A stretch of DNA of 64,000 bases from an uncultured Nitrososphaeraceae archaeon (GTDB lineage: Archaea > Thermoproteota > Nitrososphaeria > Nitrososphaerales > Nitrososphaeraceae). The notes under the pieces were generated by a model. It had not been told where the DNA came from. It saw nothing but the letters and a program-made list of their open reading frames with translations, and did no database searches. The stretch is from contig CAVZZA010000005.1 of the NCBI GenBank assembly GCA_963779615.1, forward strand, positions 32,001 to 96,000, written 5' to 3'. Below, one piece after another: positions 21,533-31,422 of the stretch; positions within the stretch are counted from its first letter, which is position 1, and the number at the start of each line of letters is the position of its first letter. Position numbers and translations under genes: made by a program.

Positions 21533-22600
21533 TTAAATTATTCCAATTAGTCGTGCCAACTCTTTTCTAGATGCAGCACCCAAGATTTCAGCAGAATATT
21601 CAGGACTAGGCAAGTTTACAAATATTCCAAATCCCCTTTCAAGGCCAGACCAAGATGTTATAAGTGGATAAATCTCGATATGCCAGTGTAGCTGCCTGCT
21701 ATTTTTCTTTTCTGGTGATATATGAAACGCCATGCTGAAATCCACTTTTCCTAAAACACTATCCATCCCTCGCATAGAAGAACAAATAACCAAGGATAAA
21801 TCTGAAATTTCTTTTTGACTTATTTTTGAGAAGTAAGTAGAATGTCTTCTTGGGCATATCCAAAACTCATAATTATATGTAGGTGCCCAAGGAACCATGG
21901 TGATAAAACTGTCGGTTGAAAAAAGCTGTCTTGGGCCATTTATCTCTGATTCAATTGTATTACAGGAAGGACAACTACCATTTTCATTCATCAATTGATT
22001 AAAAGTTTTAGATTCTTTTTCAATAACTGGAGGAATTGATGAAAAAGTAGTGACATGGAAATGAGGGTGATTTATGATACTGCCACCACTTAAACCTCTG
22101 CTCGCATGAATAGCTACATATGTAACTCCCCGTTGACTATAAAGCCACCGTATCCTATCTTGCAAAACTAACAATAAATTAGTCCATTGCTCTACAGAAA
22201 GTTCTGTTAATGAAACATTATGTTGGGGGGTGGGTATTACTATTAAATCATATCCAAAAGCTGGTTCTCTGTAAAAAGGTTTGTCTGAATATTCGTGATT
22301 TGGGTTTGTTGTCACTATGGGATTTTTACATTCAAATACCCGGATAGTCCAATCATCACGTTCATCTGCTTGGGTATCATACAACCTTTGAAGTATGCCA
22401 TTTTTAATTACAAAAGACAACATTAATTGATCAGATATTTGTTTGGTTCCAGGACAATAAGGGCATTTATTTTCTTCTTTTAAATTGCCTTGCATGTTAT
22501 TTTGTTGAGAAATTTTGTGATGGGTTTCATTTTTGTTAACATTATGTGGGATTAAAACATATTTATCTGGTACATAGTAATCTTTCCTCATTTCCGACAA
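21533..22600 (-). CDS. GalT-like HIT-family nucleotidyltransferase
   Basis: CPYCPG, WTIRVF, HPH, CPSC, PWAP, HWHIEIYP, GLERGFG. Confidence 0.8.
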   Translation of the reverse strand: MSEMRKDYYVPDKYVLIPHNVNKNETHHKISQQNNMQGNLKEENKCPYCPGTKQISDQLMLSFVIKNGILQRLYDTQADERDDWTIRVFECKNPIVTTNPNHEYSDKPFYREPAFGYDLIVIPTPQHNVSLTELSVEQWTNLLLVLQDRIRWLYSQRGVTYVAIHASRGLSGGSIINHPHFHVTTFSSIPPVIEKESKTFNQLMNENGSCPSCNTIESEINGPRQLFSTDSFITMVPWAPTYNYEFWICPRRHSTYFSKISQKEISDLSLVICSSMRGMDSVLGKVDFSMAFHISPEKKNSRQLHWHIEIYPLITSWSGLERGFGIFVNLPSPEYSAEILGAASRKELARLIGII

Positions 22601-22712
22601 CTTTTCTATCTAAAAAGTTCACTAAAATCTTTTAAATAAATATTATGCTTTTTGACTCTGTAAAGTTAAGGATTTAATTTCCACTAAATTAATTATACTG
22701 GTTTTTCAAGAT

Positions 22713-23385
22713 GTTTCGGTTCTTTTAAGATTTCAATTCCTTGTTATGAACATCTGCGAAAAGAGTCAGCCAATTAATCACATGCTTTAATTTGCATTTC
22801 TTATTTTTGCAAGAAAAATGATCATCTAAGCATTCAGTTTGGTCCTTGATGTAATGTATGGTTATCTCTATGATACTTTCTCATAAGATGAATTGATATG
22901 ATGCTTAACCTTCAGAAATGTGCCGCTTGAGGGGTACCATGTCCCTCATTAGTCGAAACAGGGTGTTCTCCATGGTCTTCCAAAAGGCCGGATAGAAATG
23001 TTCGGCCACAAACATCTTTATTTCTTGATATGCTTACTGAAAGGATTTACTTGGTGGCAGGCTCCACAACTGCCACCCATCAAAGGCCATACCAACTCTG
23101 AACCAATTATAAGCAATGTCTCGTCAAGGGCAAAAAATCCTCATCAACCTTCTTTTTCTTTGAGGAAAGCCTCTTTGGTTTGTGCTTTTGTATCCAGTTC
23201 CAGACGGAAACTCGGTTTCGTTTGATAGCATGAGGACAATATTGGGGAGGTTGTTCTTAAATACAAACCTGAAAAATAAAAATGTTATCCATAGTCAATA
23301 GACACTGGAAGGTGTCCTGTTTCTAATACTCACAATGGAAATAGGCATCTTCAAGCTATAGATTTATCGTTAAGTGAACAGAGCC
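22713..23385 (-). mobile_element. Degraded IS6-family element (transposase pseudogene)
   Basis: Right end taagtgaacagagcc matches the other IS6 copies; decayed left TIR gtttcggttcttttaag; near-TSD TTCAAGAT (22705-22712)/TTCAAGAC (23386-23393); internal sequence parallels the transposase but has no intact ORF. Confidence 0.85.
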
Positions 23386-23510
23386 TTCAAGACTGTTAGC
23401 AATTATTTTTACTCAAAAAGAAGATTCCTTCTAAACCTACAGGGTCGTTCTTTTAAATATCATTTTAACATATACCATAATAATTCATAAAAAATTCAAA
23501 GGAAAATAAA

Positions 23511-23548
23511 GATCCCAATACAGTTTGGATCTCAATACAGTTGGGATT
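23511..23548. repeat. Two tandem 17-bp units, each an imperfect palindrome, upstream of aRF1
   Basis: gatcccaatacagtttg|gatctcaatacagttgg|gatt. Confidence 0.6.
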
Positions 23549-23625
23549 TGTAAGTCTTTGCATGTTTCATCAACTGCACAAATCAAATAATCAATAAATA
23601 AATTAAGTAAAATTGAGATTACTCT

Positions 23626-24918
23626 ATGCCCAAAGAATCAACAATCGGGGAGGAAAAATGGGATTCTGTTAAAAAATATAAAATAACAAAAATGCTGAAT
23701 GATTTATCGAAAATATCAGGACATGGAACAGAATTAGTAACTGTGTACATTCCACCGCGAAAACCTATTTATGACATAATTTCACAACTTAGAAATGAGG
23801 CAGGTACTGCTACCAACATCAAATCAGACCTTACCAGAACCCATGTCCAGGATGCATTAAGTAAAACAATGGAGCAATTAAAATTATATAAAGAAACACC
23901 AGACAACGGATTGGTTATATTTTGTGGAGCAATTCCAACCGGCAAAGGTCTAGGAACTGAAAAAATAGAAATTTTTACAATTACCCCTCCAAAACCCGTC
24001 CAAATAAGTCTCTACAGGTGTGATGACCATTTTTGGATAGATCATATAAAAGAAATGCTAAAAGACGATAAGGTCATGGGAATAATTTCCATTGACACAC
24101 AGGAGACAGGTCTAGGCATATTAACTGGAGACAGATGGCAAACAGTGGAAACATTAACTTCAGGTGTAGCTGGAAAACACAGACAAGGTGGTCAGTCTGC
24201 AAGAAGGTTTGAAAGATTGAGGGACAATGAGCTTAATGAATATTATCGCCGCGTAGCAGACTACGCTCAAAAAATATTTATAGATCAATTTAAGACAAAG
24301 GGACTAATAGTTGGAGGACCCGGTCCCACAAAAGATAACTTTATCAGAGAGGAGTATTTAGATTACAGGTTACAAAACAACATCATTTCAATAGTTGACA
24401 CATCATATACTGGCGAGGAAGGGGTAAGAGAAATTATTGACAAGGTAAATGAACAAGGCATAATGTCGGAATATAGATTGATGGAAGAAAAAAAAATGGT
24501 AAAAAAATTTATGGGTGAAGTTCATTCTGGAAGAGGATTAGGAATATATGGAATGAACGATGTTGTTAATAATCTAAAGTCTGGCATTACCGATTTGATT
24601 ATTGTCACTGATGATATAGACCTAGTAAGATTAGAAGCGATTTGTAAAAAATGCGACAACACCATCGAAAAAATAGTAGACAAGGAGCATCTGATTGATA
24701 CCAAACAAAACATTATTTCAAATCCATGTCCAAATTGTTCCGGTATGGACTACCTGATTAAAGAAAAAGATTTTATTGATTATTTAGAAGAATTAGCTGC
24801 CTTGAGTGGAACGAGACTTGAAATCATCTCATCAAAAACAGAGGAAGGCAATCAAATACAAAGTTTAGGAAAAATTGGTGCATTATTAAGATTTAAGCTA
24901 AATAATCAGTATCTTTAA
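23626..24918 (+). CDS. prf1: Peptide chain release factor aRF1
   Basis: GTELVTVY, TNIKS, YRCD, GGQSARRF. Confidence 0.97.
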   Translation: MPKESTIGEEKWDSVKKYKITKMLNDLSKISGHGTELVTVYIPPRKPIYDIISQLRNEAGTATNIKSDLTRTHVQDALSKTMEQLKLYKETPDNGLVIFCGAIPTGKGLGTEKIEIFTITPPKPVQISLYRCDDHFWIDHIKEMLKDDKVMGIISIDTQETGLGILTGDRWQTVETLTSGVAGKHRQGGQSARRFERLRDNELNEYYRRVADYAQKIFIDQFKTKGLIVGGPGPTKDNFIREEYLDYRLQNNIISIVDTSYTGEEGVREIIDKVNEQGIMSEYRLMEEKKMVKKFMGEVHSGRGLGIYGMNDVVNNLKSGITDLIIVTDDIDLVRLEAICKKCDNTIEKIVDKEHLIDTKQNIISNPCPNCSGMDYLIKEKDFIDYLEELAALSGTRLEIISSKTEEGNQIQSLGKIGALLRFKLNNQYL

Positions 24919-24921
24919 TAT

Positions 24922-26199
24922 TTAATCTCGTCCCAAAAGATTCAAAGATCGCCCTATTACCTCGTATCCAAGAATTTTTCCAATTGTTCCTTTCTTTGAA
25001 TAAGATTCAGTGAATCGAGATGTCCCATCTTTTTCGACATTTTTTCCCGAAACAACAAGAGGAATTGGATCGTCAGTATGAGCTTTTTTAATACATGGAG
25101 TAGAATGATCTCCTGAAATAATGAAACTTACATCCACATCCTTATAATTATGGAGTCCATCTTGCAAAGGTCCAAAAAAATGTTTATCTATTTCTTCTAT
25201 ATTTTTCTTTTTTCCTTTTGCGTTACCATCATGGCCGAATTCGTCTGGGCCCTTAATATGAACATAAAAAAAGTCATGATAACTTATTTTCTCTAAAAGG
25301 GATTTAGCTTTTAATTCATAATCTTCAGGTTTACCTGCATCATAGGAGGTAATGCCAAGGATTTTTGATATTCCAATTTCTACAGGCATATCGACCAAAG
25401 ATGCAAAATTAAGGCGATATTTTTCATTAATTGACTGAACATGGGGATACCTATTTCCAGCATCCCTCAACAAAATACAATTAATAGGCAATAAACCATT
25501 ATTTACTCTTCTGTCATTAACTTCGCAATTATTCAATAATTTAATGACATGATCGGAAAAACAATTTACAATCTCTGCAGAAGATTTGGAAGATTCATCA
25601 GTATATTGAGAAGGAATAACATAAAGTTCATCTTTTGAATTAGATTTGGCTATACCAATTCCATTAATTTTTTCATAAGCTGGATCAGTATTAGTTATAT
25701 TTTCACCTAAAACGGAATGTCTTTTTCTAAAATGTAATATTACCCTATGACCTATAGTAGGCTTGACAGAAAACTCCACATCATCTTTTAATTTAACATT
25801 TTTATTTATTAAATCACAAATTTGTATCGAGTCTTCTTCTGGTATGACTCTTCCTGCCCGCCTATCTAAAATTTTTTTATCGGTATCAATAGTAGCAAAA
25901 TTTCCACGTAAAGCGAGATCACCATCTTTAAAATCAATATTACTACCAAGACATTCTACAACTCCTCTTCCAACATAATCCTTGTCTTTAAAATTGTATC
26001 CTAGCATATTAAAAACTGCTATATCTGATTGGGGAGCAATCCCATCACCTACACTCGTTACTTGACCTGAAGACCCATTTCGCGCAATTTTATCCAAGTT
26101 AGGAGTAATAGCTGCCTCCAATGGGGTCAAATCATTTAAATCATCATTAGGCAGATCTCCGATTCCATCCAACAAAACATAAATAATTTTATTGTCCAA
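24922..26199 (-). CDS. apgM: 2,3-bisphosphoglycerate-independent phosphoglycerate mutase (ApgM)
   Basis: LDGIGD, TPLEAA.TPNLD, PQSD, GRG, HIKGPDEFGH, GDHSTP, HT; start taken at TTG 26199. Confidence 0.9.
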   Translation of the reverse strand: MDNKIIYVLLDGIGDLPNDDLNDLTPLEAAITPNLDKIARNGSSGQVTSVGDGIAPQSDIAVFNMLGYNFKDKDYVGRGVVECLGSNIDFKDGDLALRGNFATIDTDKKILDRRAGRVIPEEDSIQICDLINKNVKLKDDVEFSVKPTIGHRVILHFRKRHSVLGENITNTDPAYEKINGIGIAKSNSKDELYVIPSQYTDESSKSSAEIVNCFSDHVIKLLNNCEVNDRRVNNGLLPINCILLRDAGNRYPHVQSINEKYRLNFASLVDMPVEIGISKILGITSYDAGKPEDYELKAKSLLEKISYHDFFYVHIKGPDEFGHDGNAKGKKKNIEEIDKHFFGPLQDGLHNYKDVDVSFIISGDHSTPCIKKAHTDDPIPLVVSGKNVEKDGTSRFTESYSKKGTIGKILGYEVIGRSLNLLGRD

Positions 26200-26315
26200 C
26201 CAATCTTTTAGTAGATTAGCTAAATTTAATTTTAATGAAAGAAAGATCAATTTAAAGAAAAAATAACCCCTAGGTAAAAGAAAATAAATTATACCGACAA
26301 AAAACAAAATTAACA

Positions 26316-27374
26316 GTGGAGTATAGGTTAATTTCAAATCAGAACAATGAAATATTATTAACAAATGATAAAATTAAAGTTTATTTAGATCCTATGCACA
26401 TAACAGACGAAAACTTCATCTTTATTTCTCATGCTCACACAGACCATATATTACAAAAGAAACATTTAAGAAAATTTGATTTACAAAACAAAATTATTAG
26501 TTCTATGGAAACATCTGCAATAGCAAATTTAAGGGGGTACCCCATAAGTGATAATTTAGGCGCCTATGAAGATTTCCAATTGATAGATACCGGTCATATT
26601 TTGGGATCCAAAGGATTGCTAGTCAACAAGAAAATTTTTTATACAGGAGATCTATCAACAAGAAAAAGAGCTTTCTTTAAAAAACCTCAAATACCAAGAG
26701 TAGAGACATTGATTATTGAATCAACTTTTGGTAAACCAGAATACGAATTTCCGCCAGTTGATAAAATAATTCACCAGGTAAATTCACTGATTTCAGAAAT
26801 GTATTCAAGAGGTATTCCGGTCATTTTAATGGGATACTCTTTAGGTAAGGCACAAATCTTAACATCCATATTTGGTTCATGGAAGCCACTTATTGTTCAT
26901 GACGATGTCTATAGATTTAATGAAATCTATAGACATTTTGGCATATTTCTAGAGGATGCAACACCTCTTTCCGAGGCCAAAGAAAAAGAATTGTTGGGGA
27001 AAAAACCATGGATATTAATATACCCACTAACCAGCGGTAAGCAAAACTTTATTGCATATTTAAAAGAAAAACACTGTGCAGTTACCATAGGATTTAGTGG
27101 TTGGGCAGTCAATAAAAATTATCGCCATTTTATGAATTTAGATTATGTCGTACCATTTAGCGATCATTGTGATTTTGATGAGCTGGTTGAAGTGGTAAAG
27201 AAGAGTAAGCCAGAAAAGATTTTTACAATTCATGGGTTTCAAAAAGAGTTTGCTCAGCATCTAAATTCTCTAGGGTTTAACGCAGAGCCCATTGACAAAC
27301 TAAAAATGAAAAAATTAAGAGTAAGTGATAAAAATGAAAAAAGAAATAAAACACTGGATCAGTTTTTGTACTAA
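26316..27374 (+). CDS. Metallo-beta-lactamase/beta-CASP nuclease
   Basis: SHAHTDH, GHILGS, YTGD, IESTFG, YSLGKAQ, SGW, FSDHCDF, IHG. Confidence 0.85.
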   Translation: MEYRLISNQNNEILLTNDKIKVYLDPMHITDENFIFISHAHTDHILQKKHLRKFDLQNKIISSMETSAIANLRGYPISDNLGAYEDFQLIDTGHILGSKGLLVNKKIFYTGDLSTRKRAFFKKPQIPRVETLIIESTFGKPEYEFPPVDKIIHQVNSLISEMYSRGIPVILMGYSLGKAQILTSIFGSWKPLIVHDDVYRFNEIYRHFGIFLEDATPLSEAKEKELLGKKPWILIYPLTSGKQNFIAYLKEKHCAVTIGFSGWAVNKNYRHFMNLDYVVPFSDHCDFDELVEVVKKSKPEKIFTIHGFQKEFAQHLNSLGFNAEPIDKLKMKKLRVSDKNEKRNKTLDQFLY

Positions 27375-27377
27375 GTT

Positions 27378-28457
27378 CTACTTTTCCAAATCTCTAAAGT
27401 AAGGCACCACTTTATTTCCAAAGGTTTCTATATTTTTGTATAAGCCATCACCCCAGAATCGAATTATAAAGTGATTTGTTCCAGCTTGAATAAATCGCTC
27501 TAACATTTCTATAACATCATCCGGACTTCCTACACCGATTGCAGTACGAGCCACTTCATCTGGAATTTTAATAGATGCTTTTTTCATCTGTTCCATAAGT
27601 TCAGGTTTATTCATCGCATATTCGGTAAAATATTTACGAAAGTCAAATTCAGAATCCTGAGGAATATTATGGACTTTTAAAAGTTCTGGTTTATAGAGAC
27701 TGACTTTTACAGCATTTTTCATTTTTTCCCAAGCCCCCTCACCGTCTTCTGTCAAGTAAACATCGACGTCGTTTGCGAATTCAAAGTCAGGAATATCACG
27801 CCCTATTCTTTTTGCATTTTCTTTTATAACATTCGAATGAAATTTAAATAATTCCGGGGTGTAACCAATTGGTATCCACCCATCACCAAAAGTTGCGCAT
27901 AACTCCAGGGTTTTCGGAGCACCTGCTGCAATATATACAGGCGGCCTTGGCTTTCTGATTGATTTTGCTTGCAAGCACGCTTCTATTAATTTATAGTATT
28001 TGCCATCATAATTTACCTTATTATCGGGATTTGACTCAAATAACTTCTCAATCACTTCTAACTGTTCTTTAAACTTTGTTACTGGTTTACTAAATTCGAT
28101 TCCAAAATCAATAACGTTTTGTGCCTCTCCTGCCCCGATACCCAATATTCCCCGTCCTTTAGTTATTCTATCCAAAGTTACAGTAGATAATGCAATAGTG
28201 GAAGGGTGCCTTCTTATTGCATCAGTTACACAAGCTCCTAGCTCCACCTTATTTGTGACTGCACCAATAGCTGCTAACATTAGCCAGGCATCATTAACTA
28301 CTGCATTTTTCCATTGAGGTACATTTGTATGATCCATTGCCCATATAGAATCGAAATTTGTTCTATCAGCAACCTGGGCAGCAGTGATAACCTGTGTTTC
28401 ATCCAAACCAAGCCTTGCAACATTTAACCCAAACGTCAAACCAAATTTAATTTTCAT
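27378..28457 (-). CDS. LLM-class (probably F420-dependent) oxidoreductase
   Basis: DSIWAMDH, VTDAIRRHP, GRGILGIGAGE, PPVYIAA, GDGWIP, GSPDDVIE. Confidence 0.85.
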   Translation of the reverse strand: MKIKFGLTFGLNVARLGLDETQVITAAQVADRTNFDSIWAMDHTNVPQWKNAVVNDAWLMLAAIGAVTNKVELGACVTDAIRRHPSTIALSTVTLDRITKGRGILGIGAGEAQNVIDFGIEFSKPVTKFKEQLEVIEKLFESNPDNKVNYDGKYYKLIEACLQAKSIRKPRPPVYIAAGAPKTLELCATFGDGWIPIGYTPELFKFHSNVIKENAKRIGRDIPDFEFANDVDVYLTEDGEGAWEKMKNAVKVSLYKPELLKVHNIPQDSEFDFRKYFTEYAMNKPELMEQMKKASIKIPDEVARTAIGVGSPDDVIEMLERFIQAGTNHFIIRFWGDGLYKNIETFGNKVVPYFRDLEK

Positions 28458-28653
28458 CTTAATCTTACCCCCGCATCATGAATATTGTTAATAAATCCAT
28501 AATTTTGCATATCTATGATATCTCTGAAATAATCTTGTTTTAATAGTTTTTTTTTTATAAATGAGAATATTTAAGTAATCGTCCGGTAATAACCTGTAAT
28601 AATCTTTAAAAATACAATTAATATTAGAGAATTATAACTTCATAATTATTAAA

Positions 28654-30435
28654 ATGAATCAGTATAAAAAAACAGTGCTCGTTACCGGTAGCGGAACTGG
28701 AATAGGTCAAGCTGTAGCAAGAAAATTTGCAAAATTAGGTTTTAACATAATAATATTAGGAAGAAGAAAGGAACCACTAATAGAAGCTTCGGAAGTATTA
28801 AACGAAATTATAAAAAAAGAAGGACATGACACCATGGTTAAATATTATCCGGGTATTGATGTTGCAGATGAATACGGAATAAACAATCTGTTTGATGAAA
28901 TAAAGAATGAATTTGGAAAAATAGACATTGTAGTGAATAATGCGGGTGTTTCAGGCCCCGTAAAGGTTTTTACTAATTCTAGCTTTAGTGATTTTAAAGA
29001 GTGTGTGTCGATCCACCTTACAGGAACCTTCTGGACAAGTGTAAAAAGCTTAGAAGCATTGAAAGATGATGGTAAAATAATCACAATTTCAACATTCTTT
29101 ACAGAAGAAAACAAATTTGAACAAAGACCGTATAGATTTAGAACGCCTTACACTGCGGCCCAAGGAGCCAAAAATAGGTTAACTGAAGCAATGGCATGGG
29201 AGTTGGTCGGAAAAGGAATCAAGTCTGTAGGAACGAACCCAGGGCCCGTGCACTCCGATAGAATATATAAAACCGTTTATCCAAAAGCCGCCTCAGAGTT
29301 TTTGAGAATTGGCGGTTTTGAAGGATTAACAAATAAACAAATTGAAAATGCTACTAATGTACTGCTTCCTTATCTTGGAGAGAAACAGAACATTATTGAA
29401 GGTGAAGCAACAAAACTAGCAGAAGTCATTATCAAAGAAAATGGCAATACAACGGTAGGAACGGAAGAATACCAAAAAATAATACTAAAGCTTCTTGAAA
29501 AGGTTCAAGAAATTGCTGAAAAGATTCAAAATAATACCAAAAAAATGATTATAGATAAAGAATTTCTGTCCCAGGATGACGTTGCGGAAATGGTTTTCAA
29601 TTTATCTATTGATGCCTTTAGTAAATTAATAAATGGCAAAATAATTCCTAATGATCGGGTATTTTACCCAGTAAAACCAATAGTAAATAAAAATATAGAT
29701 GTTGATGTAGGTTTATCCCTACAAGGGAATACAATACTTATTACCACCACAACAAATGAAGTAGACACTTTAACCATGATAAAGAAAATCGCAGATAAGA
29801 TTACTATAGAAAAAGTAAAACAGATTATAATTCTCACACACAAAAACGAGGTTTCTGACAAGGCTAGCAAAATTTTTAAAGAATTTCATCATCACAATAT
29901 AGACTTCGGAAACGAGGAAACTGTAAATCGGATATTTAACACCATTCAAACCCATTTTGGGAGAATAAATTCAACAATTCATTTTACAGGAAGTTATGAT
30001 TATAATAAAGATATTACATTTTTATCAAGAATGGAATGGGATCACCTTGTAAATAATTTTATATATTTTCCACACTTGGTTACAAGGTCGTCGGTTTTAT
30101 CGATGTCCTCCCAGGAAGCCTTGGAAAACCCCGATAAATTTAAAGACTCTTTTGGCAACATTGTCATAATCGGGCCTGTGGCTCCAAGTGGTGGGAAAAT
30201 AGAAGGGAAAATCCGAGCTAAATCCGAGATATTTCGAGGAGCTCTAAGACCATACATAACAACCGCTAATCAAGAGTTACATGAGGTTTTAAATTCTAAA
30301 ATTAATCTAACATTGATTTTACAGGGAAGCATTAGTGGAGAGATACCTACCTATGAAAAATTAGAAACTACCGTATTGAATCTCTGTTCACAAAAAGAAT
30401 TAAAAAATAACCTAATTATATATATTAATGAATGA
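28654..30435 (+). CDS. Two-domain SDR-family oxidoreductase, malonyl-CoA-reductase-like architecture
   Basis: TGSGTGIG, NNAGVSG, IST, PYRFRTPYTAAQGAK, NPGPVHSDRI, helical insert, second degenerate Rossmann domain. Confidence 0.8.
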   Translation: MNQYKKTVLVTGSGTGIGQAVARKFAKLGFNIIILGRRKEPLIEASEVLNEIIKKEGHDTMVKYYPGIDVADEYGINNLFDEIKNEFGKIDIVVNNAGVSGPVKVFTNSSFSDFKECVSIHLTGTFWTSVKSLEALKDDGKIITISTFFTEENKFEQRPYRFRTPYTAAQGAKNRLTEAMAWELVGKGIKSVGTNPGPVHSDRIYKTVYPKAASEFLRIGGFEGLTNKQIENATNVLLPYLGEKQNIIEGEATKLAEVIIKENGNTTVGTEEYQKIILKLLEKVQEIAEKIQNNTKKMIIDKEFLSQDDVAEMVFNLSIDAFSKLINGKIIPNDRVFYPVKPIVNKNIDVDVGLSLQGNTILITTTTNEVDTLTMIKKIADKITIEKVKQIIILTHKNEVSDKASKIFKEFHHHNIDFGNEETVNRIFNTIQTHFGRINSTIHFTGSYDYNKDITFLSRMEWDHLVNNFIYFPHLVTRSSVLSMSSQEALENPDKFKDSFGNIVIIGPVAPSGGKIEGKIRAKSEIFRGALRPYITTANQELHEVLNSKINLTLILQGSISGEIPTYEKLETTVLNLCSQKELKNNLIIYINE

Positions 30436-30447
30436 GTAAATAATTAT

Positions 30448-30657
30448 TTAATGGTGTTCAGTATGGACTGGATTTTTCCTTTCATTCATAAACGACCAAA
30501 CTCCAAGACCGAGTGTAGCTACACCTAAAGCTATTATCAAGTAATCTGCGACAAATATCAAGGCCCAAGCAGGATTTAGGTATCCTGCAATTAGAAAAAT
30601 CACGCCCAATATCAATATTGCAGTACCTGCAATAATTTCAGAATTTATGTTGATCAT
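30448..30657 (-). CDS. Small 2-TM membrane protein
   Basis: Two hydrophobic helices, His-containing tail; fills the intergenic gap. Confidence 0.7.
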   Translation of the reverse strand: MININSEIIAGTAILILGVIFLIAGYLNPAWALIFVADYLIIALGVATLGLGVWSFMNERKNPVHTEHH

Positions 30658-30723
30658 GAAATTAAAAATTATCTCTCACTATAAAAACTATTAGATTATA
30701 TAAAAAATAAAAGCATTAAAAAT

Positions 30724-31422
30724 GTGAGATTAGCAGGTTTATTTTCGGGAGGAAAGGACAGTACATTCTCTTTATTGAGGTCTTTGAAAAAAGGTCATCA
30801 AATCCCATGCTTAATATCTATTCATCCATTCAATGACGAAAGTTTGCTATATCACCATCCAAATAGCAATCTGTTTAAAAAAATTTCAAAAGCTGTTGAA
30901 ATTCCAATCATCGAAAGATATTGCAATAATACAGACAAAGAACACGAAATTAATCAATTAACCTCATCAGTAAAACAGGCTATTGATGAATATTCAATAG
31001 AAGGTTTAACGCATGGAACCATATCAAGTAAATTCCAACTCAATATTTTTCAAACTATTTGTACCGATTTAAGCATAAAGTTATATTCACCGATTTGGAA
31101 TATTGAGCCTCACAAATATTACAACGAGTTACTTAATTCTCATTTTGAGATTATAATTACTAGGGTAGCCACGTTAGGACTCGATGAAAAATGGTTAGGA
31201 GCAACAATTAATAAAAATACTTATAAGGAGTTAAAGAAATGTAGCGAAAAGTATAAATTCAATTTAACTTTTGAAGGGGGAGAAGCTGAAACACTGGTAC
31301 TGAATTGCCCAATATACAAAAAAAGAATCAAAATAGCTCGGTCTAACATACAATGGGATGGTATAAGGGGAACATTTGAAATATTAGATGTTGATTTAAT
31401 AAGAAATAGTAGTAATGCTTGA
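30724..31422 (+). CDS. Diphthine-ammonia ligase (Dph6 family)
   Basis: LFSGGKDS PP-loop, FEGGEAETLVL. Confidence 0.88.
   Translation: MRLAGLFSGGKDSTFSLLRSLKKGHQIPCLISIHPFNDESLLYHHPNSNLFKKISKAVEIPIIERYCNNTDKEHEINQLTSSVKQAIDEYSIEGLTHGTISSKFQLNIFQTICTDLSIKLYSPIWNIEPHKYYNELLNSHFEIIITRVATLGLDEKWLGATINKNTYKELKKCSEKYKFNLTFEGGEAETLVLNCPIYKKRIKIARSNIQWDGIRGTFEILDVDLIRNSSNA

Noticed and set aside
22998-23225. 75-aa plus-strand ORF (also 57195-57605, 57838-58304)
   Set aside because: Lie within decayed IS6/IS630 sequence; fragments or antisense frames, not independent genes
23511-23548. Tandem repeat as a mini-CRISPR
   Set aside because: Units are 17 bp and adjacent, with no spacers and no cas genes
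26200-26364. N-terminal extension of apgM overlapping the MBL nuclease gene
   Set aside because: Low-complexity translation of the divergent promoter; the conserved domain begins at ~26199
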